DNA from: Burkholderiales bacterium
GTDB lineage: Bacteria > Pseudomonadota > Gammaproteobacteria > Burkholderiales > SG8-41
Direction of reading: 5' to 3'
Assembly (NCBI GenBank): GCA_964203275.1
Contig: CAXNMF010000016.1
Location: 7,723-71,722, forward strand
DNA length: 64,000 nt
Below the pieces are notes generated by a model. The model was not told the DNA's origin. It saw only the letters and a program-made list of their open reading frames with translations, and ran no database searches. Shown here piece by piece: positions 27,615 to 36,860 of the stretch. How positions within the stretch are numbered: position 1 is the first letter of the stretch; each line of letters begins with the position of its first letter. The position numbers were made by a program, and so were the translations under genes.

Positions 27615-28697
27615 ATGACCGAGAAGAAGAAAAGCAAACACAAGAAAAGCGGGCGCAGCCTGCGCCGCAAAAATCCGGCTGCCCCACGCTGCGACGTCGC
27701 GCTGCTGGTTGATGCCGAGGCGGTCGATCGTCGGCGGACTGGCACCTATGTGCCGGACCGCAACAGTGTGGAGGCCTATCTGCTTGCCGAGTTGCGCATG
27801 CAGGGCCTGCAGGTTTCGATTTTGCCGTTCCAGGCCGGTGCCGATGTCACGATTGGCGAGTTGCGCGCACTGAAACCGCGACTGGTGTTCAATCTGACTG
27901 AATGCATCGACGGCGATCGCAGTCAGGACTCGGCCATAGCCGGGCTGCTGGATCTGCTGAATATTCCCTATACCGGCTCCGGCCCCGGTGGTTTGCGGCT
28001 GGCGCGCGACAAGGCGCTGTCCAAACACATTGTTGCCGACCTTGGCGTTGCGGTGCCGCGCTATTTCGTGATCCCGCCCAAGGGTCCGATCCGCAATCCG
28101 CGTGTGCCGTACCCGCTCATTGTGAAACCGCAGCTCGGTGATGGCTCCGACGAAGTGCGAGTCAATTCGCTGGTGAAAAATGAACGCGAACTGGTGCAGC
28201 GCGTGCGCATGCTGCGCAAGCGCGTCCATGCGCCGCTGATCTGCGAGGAGTTCATCGAGGGGCGTGACCTTTATGTTGCATTGCTTGGCAACAAACCCGA
28301 TGTGATGCCGGCCGTGGAACTGTTCATCGGCCGTCGTGGTCCTGGTGCGCCGACTTTTGCATCGTACAAACTGAAAAATGACGGCGCCTATCGCAGTCGC
28401 TGGCGTATCCGCTGGCGCGTCGCCAAACTCCCGCTCAATTTGCGGCGCGATGTTGAGACGGCAAGCCGCGCGATTTTCCATGCGCTGGAGCAGCGCGATT
28501 ACGGCCGCATTGATTACCGGCTGACGCCGGATGGTCGACTGGTGTTTCTTGAAGCGAATGCCAATCCGGATCTGCACCCGCATGCGATGGGCAACAACCA
28601 GTGTTTCGCCGGTGTGGTCTGGGGCGATGCACTGCGGCGCATCGTGGATGAGGCGCGCGCACGGTCGAATCGTAAAAAAATCAATAAAAACAATTAG
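27615..28697 (+). CDS. D-alanine--D-alanine ligase family ATP-grasp protein with a Lys-rich N-terminal extension
   Basis: Ddl-like pattern (YTGSGPGGLRLARDKALSK, PLIVKP, CEEFIEGRDLYV, VFLEANANP). The N-terminus is MTEKKKSKHKKSGRSLRRK. Confidence 0.8.
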   Translation: MTEKKKSKHKKSGRSLRRKNPAAPRCDVALLVDAEAVDRRRTGTYVPDRNSVEAYLLAELRMQGLQVSILPFQAGADVTIGELRALKPRLVFNLTECIDGDRSQDSAIAGLLDLLNIPYTGSGPGGLRLARDKALSKHIVADLGVAVPRYFVIPPKGPIRNPRVPYPLIVKPQLGDGSDEVRVNSLVKNERELVQRVRMLRKRVHAPLICEEFIEGRDLYVALLGNKPDVMPAVELFIGRRGPGAPTFASYKLKNDGAYRSRWRIRWRVAKLPLNLRRDVETASRAIFHALEQRDYGRIDYRLTPDGRLVFLEANANPDLHPHAMGNNQCFAGVVWGDALRRIVDEARARSNRKKINKNN

Positions 28698-29453
28698 TTA
28701 TTTATTTTCGCGCAACAGTGGCGCAGTGAGCGCCGATAGACTGAGGCGCTGCCGGCCTTGTGTATCAAAGTTCTGCGGCGCCAGCCACTTCTCGTGTGCT
28801 GCGCGGATCGCCGGCCATTCGCGGTCCGTGATCGAAAACCAGTCGGTGTCGCGGTTTCGCCCCTTGTAGACGATGGCCTGAATGAAGCGGCCTTCGTACG
28901 AAAATCCCAGACGTTGCGCTGCCGCGCGTGATGGTGCATTCAGCGAATCACATTTCCATTCATAACGCCGGTAGCCGAGCGCAAACGCGTTATTCATCAT
29001 CAGGTGCATGGCTTCGGTGGCCGCACGGGTCTGTTGCAGCAACGGTGAAAAATTAAGGTGCCCGACTTCGATCACGCCGTTTGAGGGATCGATGCGCATA
29101 TAGGCAGCGACACCGACGGCTTTACCTGTGCTGCTGTCGATGATGGCGTGAAACAGCGGGTCATTGCCGAGGCAAGTGCTGGTGATCCACTGCCGGTACG
29201 CTTCCAGGCTGCTGAAGGGACCGGAGGACAGATAGGTAAAAGCGCGACCGCTTGGATCGAGGCTGTTTGCGCTATGCAGATCAGCTGAATGAAGATTCAG
29301 ATCCAACGGTTCGACGCGGCAATAACGGCCGTTCAACGTTGCGCTTGGCGGCCGCAGCGGGGCGGTCCACTCGGACAGCGGGAAACCGACAGGCTGGCCC
29401 AGCGCGTTGAAGTGTTGGGTCACGACCTGGCTGCAGCGCGTTTGGCCTGCCAT
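28698..29453 (-). CDS. GNAT-family N-acetyltransferase (RimJ/RimL-like)
   Basis: 251 aa Acetyltransf_3-like (GVIEVGHLNFSPLLQQTRAATEAMHLMM...RYEWKCDSLNAPSRAAAQRLGF). The start overlaps the upstream gene and is uncertain. Confidence 0.75.
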   Translation of the reverse strand: MAGQTRCSQVVTQHFNALGQPVGFPLSEWTAPLRPPSATLNGRYCRVEPLDLNLHSADLHSANSLDPSGRAFTYLSSGPFSSLEAYRQWITSTCLGNDPLFHAIIDSSTGKAVGVAAYMRIDPSNGVIEVGHLNFSPLLQQTRAATEAMHLMMNNAFALGYRRYEWKCDSLNAPSRAAAQRLGFSYEGRFIQAIVYKGRNRDTDWFSITDREWPAIRAAHEKWLAPQNFDTQGRQRLSLSALTAPLLRENK

Positions 29454-29953
29454 TGCTGCAGCCAGCCGGCATTCCCGCCGAGTTCGACGATTTCCAGAAG
29501 TGAATCGGGTATAGGCGGGTATTCGCGGCGGAAGTCGCGCGTATGGTTGATGAAAAAACCGTCGCGGAAATTGACTTCCAGTTCATCACCGGTCTCGCAC
29601 ATTTCGGTGGCGTTGACGCAGTCGGTCATCACGCGCACGCCGCAGCCGATGGCAGCGCGGTAGGCAAGGAAGGGCATCGATTCGCAGAGCAGCCCCAGCC
29701 CCAATGCCTGCATCGCAATGTAGCCGTTCATCTTGGGACCCATGCCGAAGTTTTTCCCGGTGACGATGATGTCGCCGGGCTGGCAGCGGGTATGAAAGCC
29801 GGGATCGGTTTCTTCGAACAGATGCGGAATGATGTCCTTGGGGTCGAAGTGCCGCCCGGTGATCACCCAGTTCGGTACTACGCCGCCGGCGTGCCAGACG
29901 TCATGGCCCAGTTTGTAGCAGCGGCCTTTCAGTACCCATTGGAATTCGCTCAT
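29420..29953 (-). CDS. Aconitase-family small subunit (LeuD-like swivel domain)
   Basis: 177 aa with GDIIVTGKNFGMGPKM, typical of LeuD-like proteins. It lies directly downstream of the large subunit. Confidence 0.85.
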   Translation of the reverse strand: MSEFQWVLKGRCYKLGHDVWHAGGVVPNWVITGRHFDPKDIIPHLFEETDPGFHTRCQPGDIIVTGKNFGMGPKMNGYIAMQALGLGLLCESMPFLAYRAAIGCGVRVMTDCVNATEMCETGDELEVNFRDGFFINHTRDFRREYPPIPDSLLEIVELGGNAGWLQQWQAKRAAARS

Positions 29954-29965
29954 GACCGTGTGTTC

Positions 29966-31237
29966 TCAGTTCAACTTGCGTGCGTCGGTGATTTTTCCGG
30001 CGACGGCGGATGCGGCAACCGTGGCAGGACTGCCAAGATACAGTTTTGCGTCTTTCGCGCCGAAACGCCCGGCGTTGTTGTTTGTGGCCGTCGACATTGA
30101 CACTTCGCCGGAATGTACCGGTCCGATCACGGCATCGTTGCAGGGACCGCAGCCTGGCGGCAGCATCACCGCGCCGGCTTCGATGAATACGCCGAGCAGT
30201 CCTTCGCTGGCCATGCGACGGTTGGTGGCTTCGGAACCCGGAGCGACGAACAGTCGCACGTTGGGCGCGAGCCGGCGGCCTTTAAGGATGGCAGCGGCTG
30301 TCACCAGGTCTTCCCACATGCCGGAGCCGCAGGAGCCGATAAAGGCGTGATCGATGATGGTGCCTTCAACTTTCGAGACGTCAACGGCATTCTCGACGCT
30401 GCCGGGCAGCGACACCTGCGGTTCCAGTCGTGAGATGTCGAGTGTCAGATCGGAGTCGTAGCACGCATCGGCATCCGAATACACCGGCGTGAACGGCCGC
30501 TGTCCTCGCGCCTTGGCATGTTCGAGTATCGCCTTCGATGGCGGCACAAATACGCCATAGGCGCGGATCTCGGTCGGAGTGGAGCACAGCGCCGCGCGTG
30601 AGGCGAGGTCGAACTGGTCGAGGTCACCGGCGTATTCCAGTACGCGGTAATCGAGATCGGCGCTGAGTGCCCCCTGTTTGAGAAGTGCTGCGAAATGAAA
30701 ACCGACATCGCGGGCATGCACACCCGGCTGCAACCGTCCCTTGAGCGTGAGGCGCACCGTTTTCGGAACCATCACCCAGTTAGTCCCGGTTGCGAGCACG
30801 CGGGAGATTTCGGTGCCCATGCGGAACCCGAAGGCGCCGATGGCGCCGGCATTGGTGGCATGGCGGTCGTTGTCGAAATAGAACATGCCAGGCAGCAGCA
30901 GGCCCATCTCCATCGGGAAAATATGGCCATGGCCGCCGCGGCCGACGTCGAAGAAATTCTTCACTCCCCACTGCGCAGCGGCTTTGCGGTTGAAGGCGCC
31001 GCGTTCAGCGGCGCGTGCGCTACCGTAAATGACGTCGTGGTCGGTGACCATCATCACCTTGTCGGGTGTGGCGAGACGCGTGATGCCCAATCCGTCGAGT
31101 TCGCGTTTGGCCGCCATCACCACGCCGTCGTGGATCATGATGTAGTCGGGATCGGGGGAAACGACATCCCCGGGTTTGACGGAGCTGCGGCCGCTTTTTG
31201 CGGCCAGCACTTTTTCAACGGCAGTCATTGAAGACAT
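29966..31237 (-). CDS. Aconitase-family large subunit (LeuC/HacA-like dehydratase)
   Basis: 423 aa with Fe-S ligand regions (IGSCGSG, PGCGPC). Confidence 0.85.
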   Translation of the reverse strand: MSSMTAVEKVLAAKSGRSSVKPGDVVSPDPDYIMIHDGVVMAAKRELDGLGITRLATPDKVMMVTDHDVIYGSARAAERGAFNRKAAAQWGVKNFFDVGRGGHGHIFPMEMGLLLPGMFYFDNDRHATNAGAIGAFGFRMGTEISRVLATGTNWVMVPKTVRLTLKGRLQPGVHARDVGFHFAALLKQGALSADLDYRVLEYAGDLDQFDLASRAALCSTPTEIRAYGVFVPPSKAILEHAKARGQRPFTPVYSDADACYDSDLTLDISRLEPQVSLPGSVENAVDVSKVEGTIIDHAFIGSCGSGMWEDLVTAAAILKGRRLAPNVRLFVAPGSEATNRRMASEGLLGVFIEAGAVMLPPGCGPCNDAVIGPVHSGEVSMSTATNNNAGRFGAKDAKLYLGSPATVAASAVAGKITDARKLN

Positions 31238-31284
31238 GATGGAATTCTTTTTATTTTGAAATGCGAAGTTGGTTCGTCAAAAGC

Positions 31285-32193
31285 CTAGGAGACTTTCATC
31301 TGGGACAAAATGGCCTTTCCGGCGAGACCGTAAGGATTTGTGAATGTCTCGCGAATTTCGTAATGGTTGTATTCGTGACCAACAATGAGTGCCACTTGTT
31401 TTCCAGCCAGTTCAAGTGTTGAGGCAAACTCAATGGCTTGTCGTTGAAACTCCGGGGTTTCCAAGGTTCCGTAAGCCAATATAACCGGAGTATTGATTTT
31501 ATTCGCATGACGCTGCGGACTAAGTTCTTCTTCCATGGAATCATCGAATTTGACGTATGAGCTACGGGCAGATAAACGCGGCCCCTTAAGATCGTACATG
31601 CCGCTGCATAAAAAAGCCCCCTTCAATATATTGGGGGGGAGACCAAAATCATTCACCCAGTCGGATATGAGGCTGCAGGCGGCAAGGTGTGCCCCTGAGG
31701 AATGGGCTGATATATAGATCTGGTTGTTATCAAGCCCCAGTTTATTGGAGTTTTGATAAACCCAGGCGATGGCGGATCGAACCTGGCCGACCATGGTTCG
31801 AAGGCTGTCACCAGCCTGTTCAACGTTGTAAAAATCCGGAACGACAAGTGTTGCCCCTGCTTTTGTCAGAACTTCCGCCAAATACGCACTGGCAGCAGCA
31901 CTGCCCTTTCGCCATGCTCCGCCATGAATGTAAATGTTCACCGGCGAATTAGGCCTCATTGCGCTGTAAATATCCAATTTTTCGATTTCTTCAGTGCCGT
32001 AAGAGTGTCGTCCTGAAGGAGGGGTGCTTAATCTTATGTCTTTGCTGAGAATCGAAAGCCGCTTTCTTACATGCTCTGAATTTGGCGCGAAGGCTCTTTG
32101 ATTGTAGGCGTAGTCAAGTTCAGTTTGAGTGTAGTCAAGGAAAACAATTCCTTCGCGGATCTTTGAGTCGCTTTCTTGCAGTGTCCGGCTCAA
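31285..32193 (-). CDS. Alpha/beta hydrolase (esterase/arylformamidase-like)
   Basis: Oxyanion motif IHGGAW and a nucleophile elbow AHSSGAH. The stop overlaps the upstream Bug gene by 4 nt. Confidence 0.8.
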   Translation of the reverse strand: MSRTLQESDSKIREGIVFLDYTQTELDYAYNQRAFAPNSEHVRKRLSILSKDIRLSTPPSGRHSYGTEEIEKLDIYSAMRPNSPVNIYIHGGAWRKGSAAASAYLAEVLTKAGATLVVPDFYNVEQAGDSLRTMVGQVRSAIAWVYQNSNKLGLDNNQIYISAHSSGAHLAACSLISDWVNDFGLPPNILKGAFLCSGMYDLKGPRLSARSSYVKFDDSMEEELSPQRHANKINTPVILAYGTLETPEFQRQAIEFASTLELAGKQVALIVGHEYNHYEIRETFTNPYGLAGKAILSQMKVS

Positions 32194-33170
32194 TTTGTCA
32201 TTGCTCCACTCTGCTTAACTATTTTTTCGTATGCAATTAGTTCTGACTCGATACGCTTTGTAATGCTTTGCCTTGTTATCGATACCGGTTCAACGGATTG
32301 GGCGGTCAGGGCGCTGCGTACTGATTCGTTCTGGAGGACCTTGGCAACCGCGTCAGCCAGCATCTGTAATACGGGCTCTGGCGTTTTTGATGGTGCCGAC
32401 AATCCAAGCCAAAGGCTGAATTCATAGCCGGGGACGCCGGATTCAGCAACGGTCGGCAGGTTCGGGAATGCCGGCAGACGGTTATTGCTGGTCACTGCAA
32501 TGCCTCGCAACCGGCCAGTCTGAATAAATTGCGTGGAAGTGATTGTCGTGGAGAAGGTAAGGGAAACATGACCCCCGATCAGTTCGTTTAACGCGAGGTT
32601 GCCAGCCTTGTAGGGGACGTGGAGCATTTTAATTCCGGTCATCGTATTCAGCATTGCGCCAGCGAGATGTCCCGGGGTTCCAACCCCGCCAGAGCCGAAT
32701 TCGACCTGATTCGGCCGGGATTTTGCAACGGCGATCAAGTTCTTCACGTTTTTAACTGGCATGGATGGGTGGACAATGATCACATATGGGGTGGCGCCTA
32801 TTATGTTGATGGGTGAAAAATCCTTTACGGGATCGTAGGGAAGTTTGCGCATGGCAGCGGCAATAACATGCGTTGTTGTCGTGGCTATGGTTAACGTGTA
32901 ACCATCAGCAGGCGATTTTGCTGCAAATTCAGTGCCTATTACGCCGCCCCCACCGGGCCTGTTTTCAACGATGAATTGCTGTCCAAAGTGTTCCGATAGC
33001 TTAGGGGCTATAGTTCGGGCAATTACGTCATTGGTTCCGCCTGCGGCAAAAGCTGAAATTATGCGAACTGGTTTGTTGGGGTATGTCTGCGCTGAAGCCA
33101 GGTTAATTCCCATTAAAAGAATTAAGGTCAGTGACAGATACGAAATAAGTCGTGCGTGACAGCGCAACAT
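32190..33170 (-). CDS. Bug/TctC-family substrate-binding protein
   Basis: Signal peptide, then YPNKPVRIISAFAAGGTND, ENRPGGGG and ADGYTL. Confidence 0.9.
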   Translation of the reverse strand: MLRCHARLISYLSLTLILLMGINLASAQTYPNKPVRIISAFAAGGTNDVIARTIAPKLSEHFGQQFIVENRPGGGGVIGTEFAAKSPADGYTLTIATTTTHVIAAAMRKLPYDPVKDFSPINIIGATPYVIIVHPSMPVKNVKNLIAVAKSRPNQVEFGSGGVGTPGHLAGAMLNTMTGIKMLHVPYKAGNLALNELIGGHVSLTFSTTITSTQFIQTGRLRGIAVTSNNRLPAFPNLPTVAESGVPGYEFSLWLGLSAPSKTPEPVLQMLADAVAKVLQNESVRSALTAQSVEPVSITRQSITKRIESELIAYEKIVKQSGAMTN

Positions 33171-33258
33171 AATTTCTCCAGTTCAATTTCAGTTTGTTTG
33201 TAAAAAAGTCACTCTAGTTGGCGAACAAAAGGTGGATCATGAAAGCACTTTGATCATA

Positions 33259-33272
33259 TTGATTTAAATCAA
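33259..33272. promoter_or_regulatory. Perfect FNR/CRP-type box TTGAT-TTAA-ATCAA, with an extra TTGAT half-site at 33250
   Basis: Seen directly in the divergent Bug/IclR intergenic region. It may alternatively be the IclR operator. Confidence 0.5.
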
Positions 33273-33374
33273 TATGAATGAAGTCTAGCACCACAAATTG
33301 CTGCGTCGCAACAGCTGAATTTTTTGTCTTTATGAGAGTGAAAATTCGATTATGAAGAGCCGGAGTCATCAGAT

Positions 33375-34172
33375 TTGGCCATCAAATTAAAGGCATTGTC
33401 TGTCGTTTCGAATGATCCGGGTCGTTCCGCTGGTTTGAGGCGGGGGCTGGAAATTTTGTGCCTGTTTTCAGAAGAAAGGCCTGAATGGGGCATTACGGAA
33501 ATCGCACAGCAGATGAATTTGCACAAAAGTTTGATTCATCGATCCATAAAAACGCTGGAGGAAATGGGGTTCTTGCGGAGAGATCCCGGTAGCCGCCGAT
33601 ATTTGATGGGCTTCAAAACATTTGAGGTGGGTTCTCTGGCCGGGCGGCTTACCAACCGAATGGCCTGGTCCAGACCTGAACTCAGAAAACTGGCCCGAAA
33701 GTTAAAGGCAACTGTTTCGCTGCGGTTGGTTGTCGATGACGATCTTCTGGTGGTCGATATGATAGAAAGCCTGACACATCTCCCCATTCACATTCCGCAA
33801 GGTGCGAGAGTTCCACTGAATTATGGTGCCGGTGGACAGGTGATGGCGGCATTTCGTGCTGATGAGGATTCCCGGAGGCTCATACGAAAATACGGGCTTC
33901 CGAGATTTACAGCGAAGTCCCTGACAACCGAAAAAGAATTTTTCAACGCGGTTCGCCGCGTAAGGCTTAATGGCTATGCAATCAGCGAGGGGGAGACCAG
34001 GCCGGGATATTTCAGTGTGGCTGCGCCTATTTTGGGGGCGGATAATCTCCTGACCGCGGTATTAGTCGTATCAAGCCCGGTCGGAACGATGACAAAAAAG
34101 GAAATCAGTGCTTTTGCCGAGGTCGCTGCTGAAACGGCGCGCCGTTTGACGCGCCGTTGTCATGAGATATAG
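33375..34172 (+). CDS. IclR-family transcriptional regulator
   Basis: N-terminal HTH (GLEILCLFSEERPEWGITEIAQQMNLHKSLIHRSIKTLEEMGFL) and an IclR effector domain. The start is uncertain (TTG). Confidence 0.85.
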   Translation: MAIKLKALSVVSNDPGRSAGLRRGLEILCLFSEERPEWGITEIAQQMNLHKSLIHRSIKTLEEMGFLRRDPGSRRYLMGFKTFEVGSLAGRLTNRMAWSRPELRKLARKLKATVSLRLVVDDDLLVVDMIESLTHLPIHIPQGARVPLNYGAGGQVMAAFRADEDSRRLIRKYGLPRFTAKSLTTEKEFFNAVRRVRLNGYAISEGETRPGYFSVAAPILGADNLLTAVLVVSSPVGTMTKKEISAFAEVAAETARRLTRRCHEI

Positions 34173-34176
34173 CGAT

Positions 34177-35397
34177 CTACAATATTTCTGCGGCTTCCTT
34201 GACGCTGTTTATCAAGGATGTGCGTAGCATGAATTCTCGACAAAGTTTTGCATCTTCGGCCGTTCGTTTTACCTGGTCGTGATTTTTTTTGCGTACGGCG
34301 GGATCCTTCTCCGCTAAGAGTTTCTTGTTTCGTTCTGTTTGGGCTTTTGTGTGGTTAACGGCAACATGCCGGCGCTGTCTGCTGTAGCGATCCAGGATTT
34401 CGTCGGTTGTGCGCCCTTGCAGGATATCGCAAAGTTTTTGTCCCAGATTGATTGCATCATGCACACCGCTGTTCATTCCCATACCCCCGATCGGACTGTT
34501 CACATGGGCTGAATCACCCGCAAGAATCGCTCTCCCGCTGCGGAAGGTCGAGGCAATGCGCTGATGAACGGTATAGGTGGTGCGGTGAACCACTTCGTAA
34601 GGCTGATCACGGGGGAGAAATCGCTGTAGCTGGGTTTGAATATATTCGTCGCTGAGTATTTTTTCCGGGGGATCCTGAATATCAGTCGGGAAGTGAACTC
34701 TCCAGCGTTCGGGTTGGGTCCATTTGAAGAGGTTGGACCATTGTTCGGGATCGGAGAGGTAGTTTCTGTAAGCGTAGCCATGGGCTTTGTCAAAGTCATA
34801 GCAGACCGCGACTGTGAGTGTTCTTTCGGGGTAGGTATAACCCTCGAATTCGATGCCCAGGGATTTTCTTATGATGCTTCTTCCGCCTTCGGCGCTGACT
34901 ATATAGCTGCCACTGATGCGTTCTTCATTTCCTGCGGTGTCAGTGATCAGTGCCTCAATGCCATTTTCGTCCTGGGTGAAGGATACAAATTCGGTCGACA
35001 TCCTGATTTCGCACATCTTTGTTTCGCGAAGAACCTGCATTGCTTCATCAATTATCTTGGTTCGCTCGCACTGCAGAACGTAGGGAAAGCGGGTGTCATT
35101 TTTGAGGACAGCATGGTCAAATTCGGCAAACATCGAGTCTGTTTCGCGATCCCAGTATTGAACTGTTGGCGCTATCAGCCCCCTGCGTTCCATACGTTCG
35201 TAAAGACCAAGGTCGTCGAGCATTTCGAGTGTTGCGGGGTGAATGCTTCCCGCTCGTGGTTCCTGGTCAAGAAAGGTCTGGGGGTCAAGTCGCTCGATCA
35301 TGATCGAGCGAATGCCGTTCTGGGCGAGATATAACGCCAGGCAAATGCCTACAGGGCCAGCGCCAATTATCACTATTGGCTTGTTGGTATTGGTCAT
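34177..35397 (-). CDS. FAD-dependent aromatic-ring monooxygenase (PHBH-fold)
   Basis: IVIIGAGPVGICLALYLAQNG dinucleotide motif. GDSAHVNSPIGGMGMNSGVHDAINL matches the flavoprotein hydroxylase fingerprint. Confidence 0.85.
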   Translation of the reverse strand: MTNTNKPIVIIGAGPVGICLALYLAQNGIRSIMIERLDPQTFLDQEPRAGSIHPATLEMLDDLGLYERMERRGLIAPTVQYWDRETDSMFAEFDHAVLKNDTRFPYVLQCERTKIIDEAMQVLRETKMCEIRMSTEFVSFTQDENGIEALITDTAGNEERISGSYIVSAEGGRSIIRKSLGIEFEGYTYPERTLTVAVCYDFDKAHGYAYRNYLSDPEQWSNLFKWTQPERWRVHFPTDIQDPPEKILSDEYIQTQLQRFLPRDQPYEVVHRTTYTVHQRIASTFRSGRAILAGDSAHVNSPIGGMGMNSGVHDAINLGQKLCDILQGRTTDEILDRYSRQRRHVAVNHTKAQTERNKKLLAEKDPAVRKKNHDQVKRTAEDAKLCREFMLRTSLINSVKEAAEIL

Positions 35398-35401
35398 CAG
35401 T

Positions 35402-35818
35402 TCAATCCGCAGGCTTGACGTTTTTTACTGCGCCACGCCATCCGCTCGCGGTGATATCAAACACGATGCCGTCATGGTCCCGATACTTCACTTCATAAAA
35501 GCTGTTGGGCGTGTTTGGCGCGCGTCCCTGGAAATGAGTTGCTCCTGCAGCTTTGACCTGCTCTTCAGCTTGTGCGAGATCATCGACCCACATGCCGAAG
35601 TGCATGACTCCATAAAACTCTTTACCGGTTTCAATGCCGGGCGCGTTGCCTTTTTTATTCAAAACGGCAATATTGATCGTTCCATCGGTCATATAGATGC
35701 CATTTTGAGCATCACCCGCCTTGGTCATGCCAAATGCGTCTTCAAGAAACTTCTGTGTTTTTGCCACATCACGAACGGACAGCGCGATATGTCGGAGTTT
35801 GTATTTTTGCTTTTCCAC
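35402..35818 (-). CDS. VOC-family protein (glyoxalase/bleomycin resistance/extradiol dioxygenase fold)
   Basis: LRHIALSVRDV...HFGMWVDD pattern. I chose the start at GTG 35818 with AAGGAAG upstream, inside track ORF 35402..35938. Confidence 0.75.
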   Translation of the reverse strand: MEKQKYKLRHIALSVRDVAKTQKFLEDAFGMTKAGDAQNGIYMTDGTINIAVLNKKGNAPGIETGKEFYGVMHFGMWVDDLAQAEEQVKAAGATHFQGRAPNTPNSFYEVKYRDHDGIVFDITASGWRGAVKNVKPAD

Positions 35819-36274
35819 GAATGCTTCCTTTATCAAAAGGCCGGTAGATATTTGGAATTGGCTATCGGTTTTTTTGGGGGGGTAAGTGCAGGATGGTGTA
35901 TCAGTTTTGAACCGGTTTGAATATCTGTGATCCCGCAATTGCCAAGACTGTTCAAATTATGCGAACTTAGTTTAAGGTTGAGTCCTGGGTTGGTCAATAA
36001 CCTGTGCGAGTTGAAGTGGCTACCCCCGAAAGGCCTTGTTTCTGGAGATGGCTTTAAGGCTTGTTACTTTGGTGAACTGTCTTTTCACCTTGCGCGAGAA
36101 ATGTGAATCTTCCGCCGATCTTGCATCTGGCGCGCAACCTGATGGCGGCGCCAGGTAATCTTTTTCACCTACAAATCCGATATCGGATGAACCGGCCGGG
36201 TGTCGATTCCGGCTTTTGACGCCATCACCAACCCGATGGACAGTCACCAGGGCGAGGCGCAGACTTGTGCAGCA

Positions 36275-36829
36275 ATGAAAAATTCCGCAATTACGGCAGA
36301 ACTATTGCGCGGCAGTGTACTGCTAATGTCGTTTTTCTTCTGTGCGCCAGGGAAGGCTCAGCCATCGGGAGTGTTTCCCTTCGATCACCTGGTAAGCAGC
36401 CCGTCGGTTCACTGCGCGTTTTACCGGGATTACGACATTGATCCGCAGACCGGAGACCGCTTGCTGGTCGAGGGGCGCTCCAATTCACTGACACATTACC
36501 AGCGGCGGCGCGGCGAGCGCGTGCGTTCGATTGACACCCGGCGTGCCGGCGCTGTCGAGGTGCAGGTGGTGCAGGGGCGTTACCTGCATTACATCGAACG
36601 CAGTGCAGGCATGTTCATCGTCACCACGATATATGCCTGCCTGGAGCGCGATCCGCAAAGCAATCTTTGCATCAACTACGGTGCGGTCAACGCCCGTCAT
36701 TTTGATGCGCGCGTGTTACGTGAGCCCGATCGGGTTTATGAAGAGCTGCGGGCACGTGCTGAACCCGGCTTCTGCGACCACAGCTTCATTCATCTGCAGG
36801 AGGCCGCGAGGGCGCCGCTGCGACAGTGA
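36275..36829 (+). CDS. Hypothetical secreted protein
   Basis: Signal-like N-terminus (VLLMSFFFCAPGKAQ). I recognised no family. The start is ATG 36275. Confidence 0.45.
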   Translation: MKNSAITAELLRGSVLLMSFFFCAPGKAQPSGVFPFDHLVSSPSVHCAFYRDYDIDPQTGDRLLVEGRSNSLTHYQRRRGERVRSIDTRRAGAVEVQVVQGRYLHYIERSAGMFIVTTIYACLERDPQSNLCINYGAVNARHFDARVLREPDRVYEELRARAEPGFCDHSFIHLQEAARAPLRQ

Positions 36830-36860
36830 TGTAGCTTGTTGTTTTTATTGAATGATTTGA

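Noticed and set aside
27369-28583. A 404-aa minus-strand ORF opposite the Ddl-like ATP-grasp gene; similar cases at 44022..45134, 45632..46666, 6290..7039 and 7245..8054
   Set aside because: The reasoning is the same. The opposite strand carries motif-supported genes, and these frames are Arg/Ala/His-rich with no start context.
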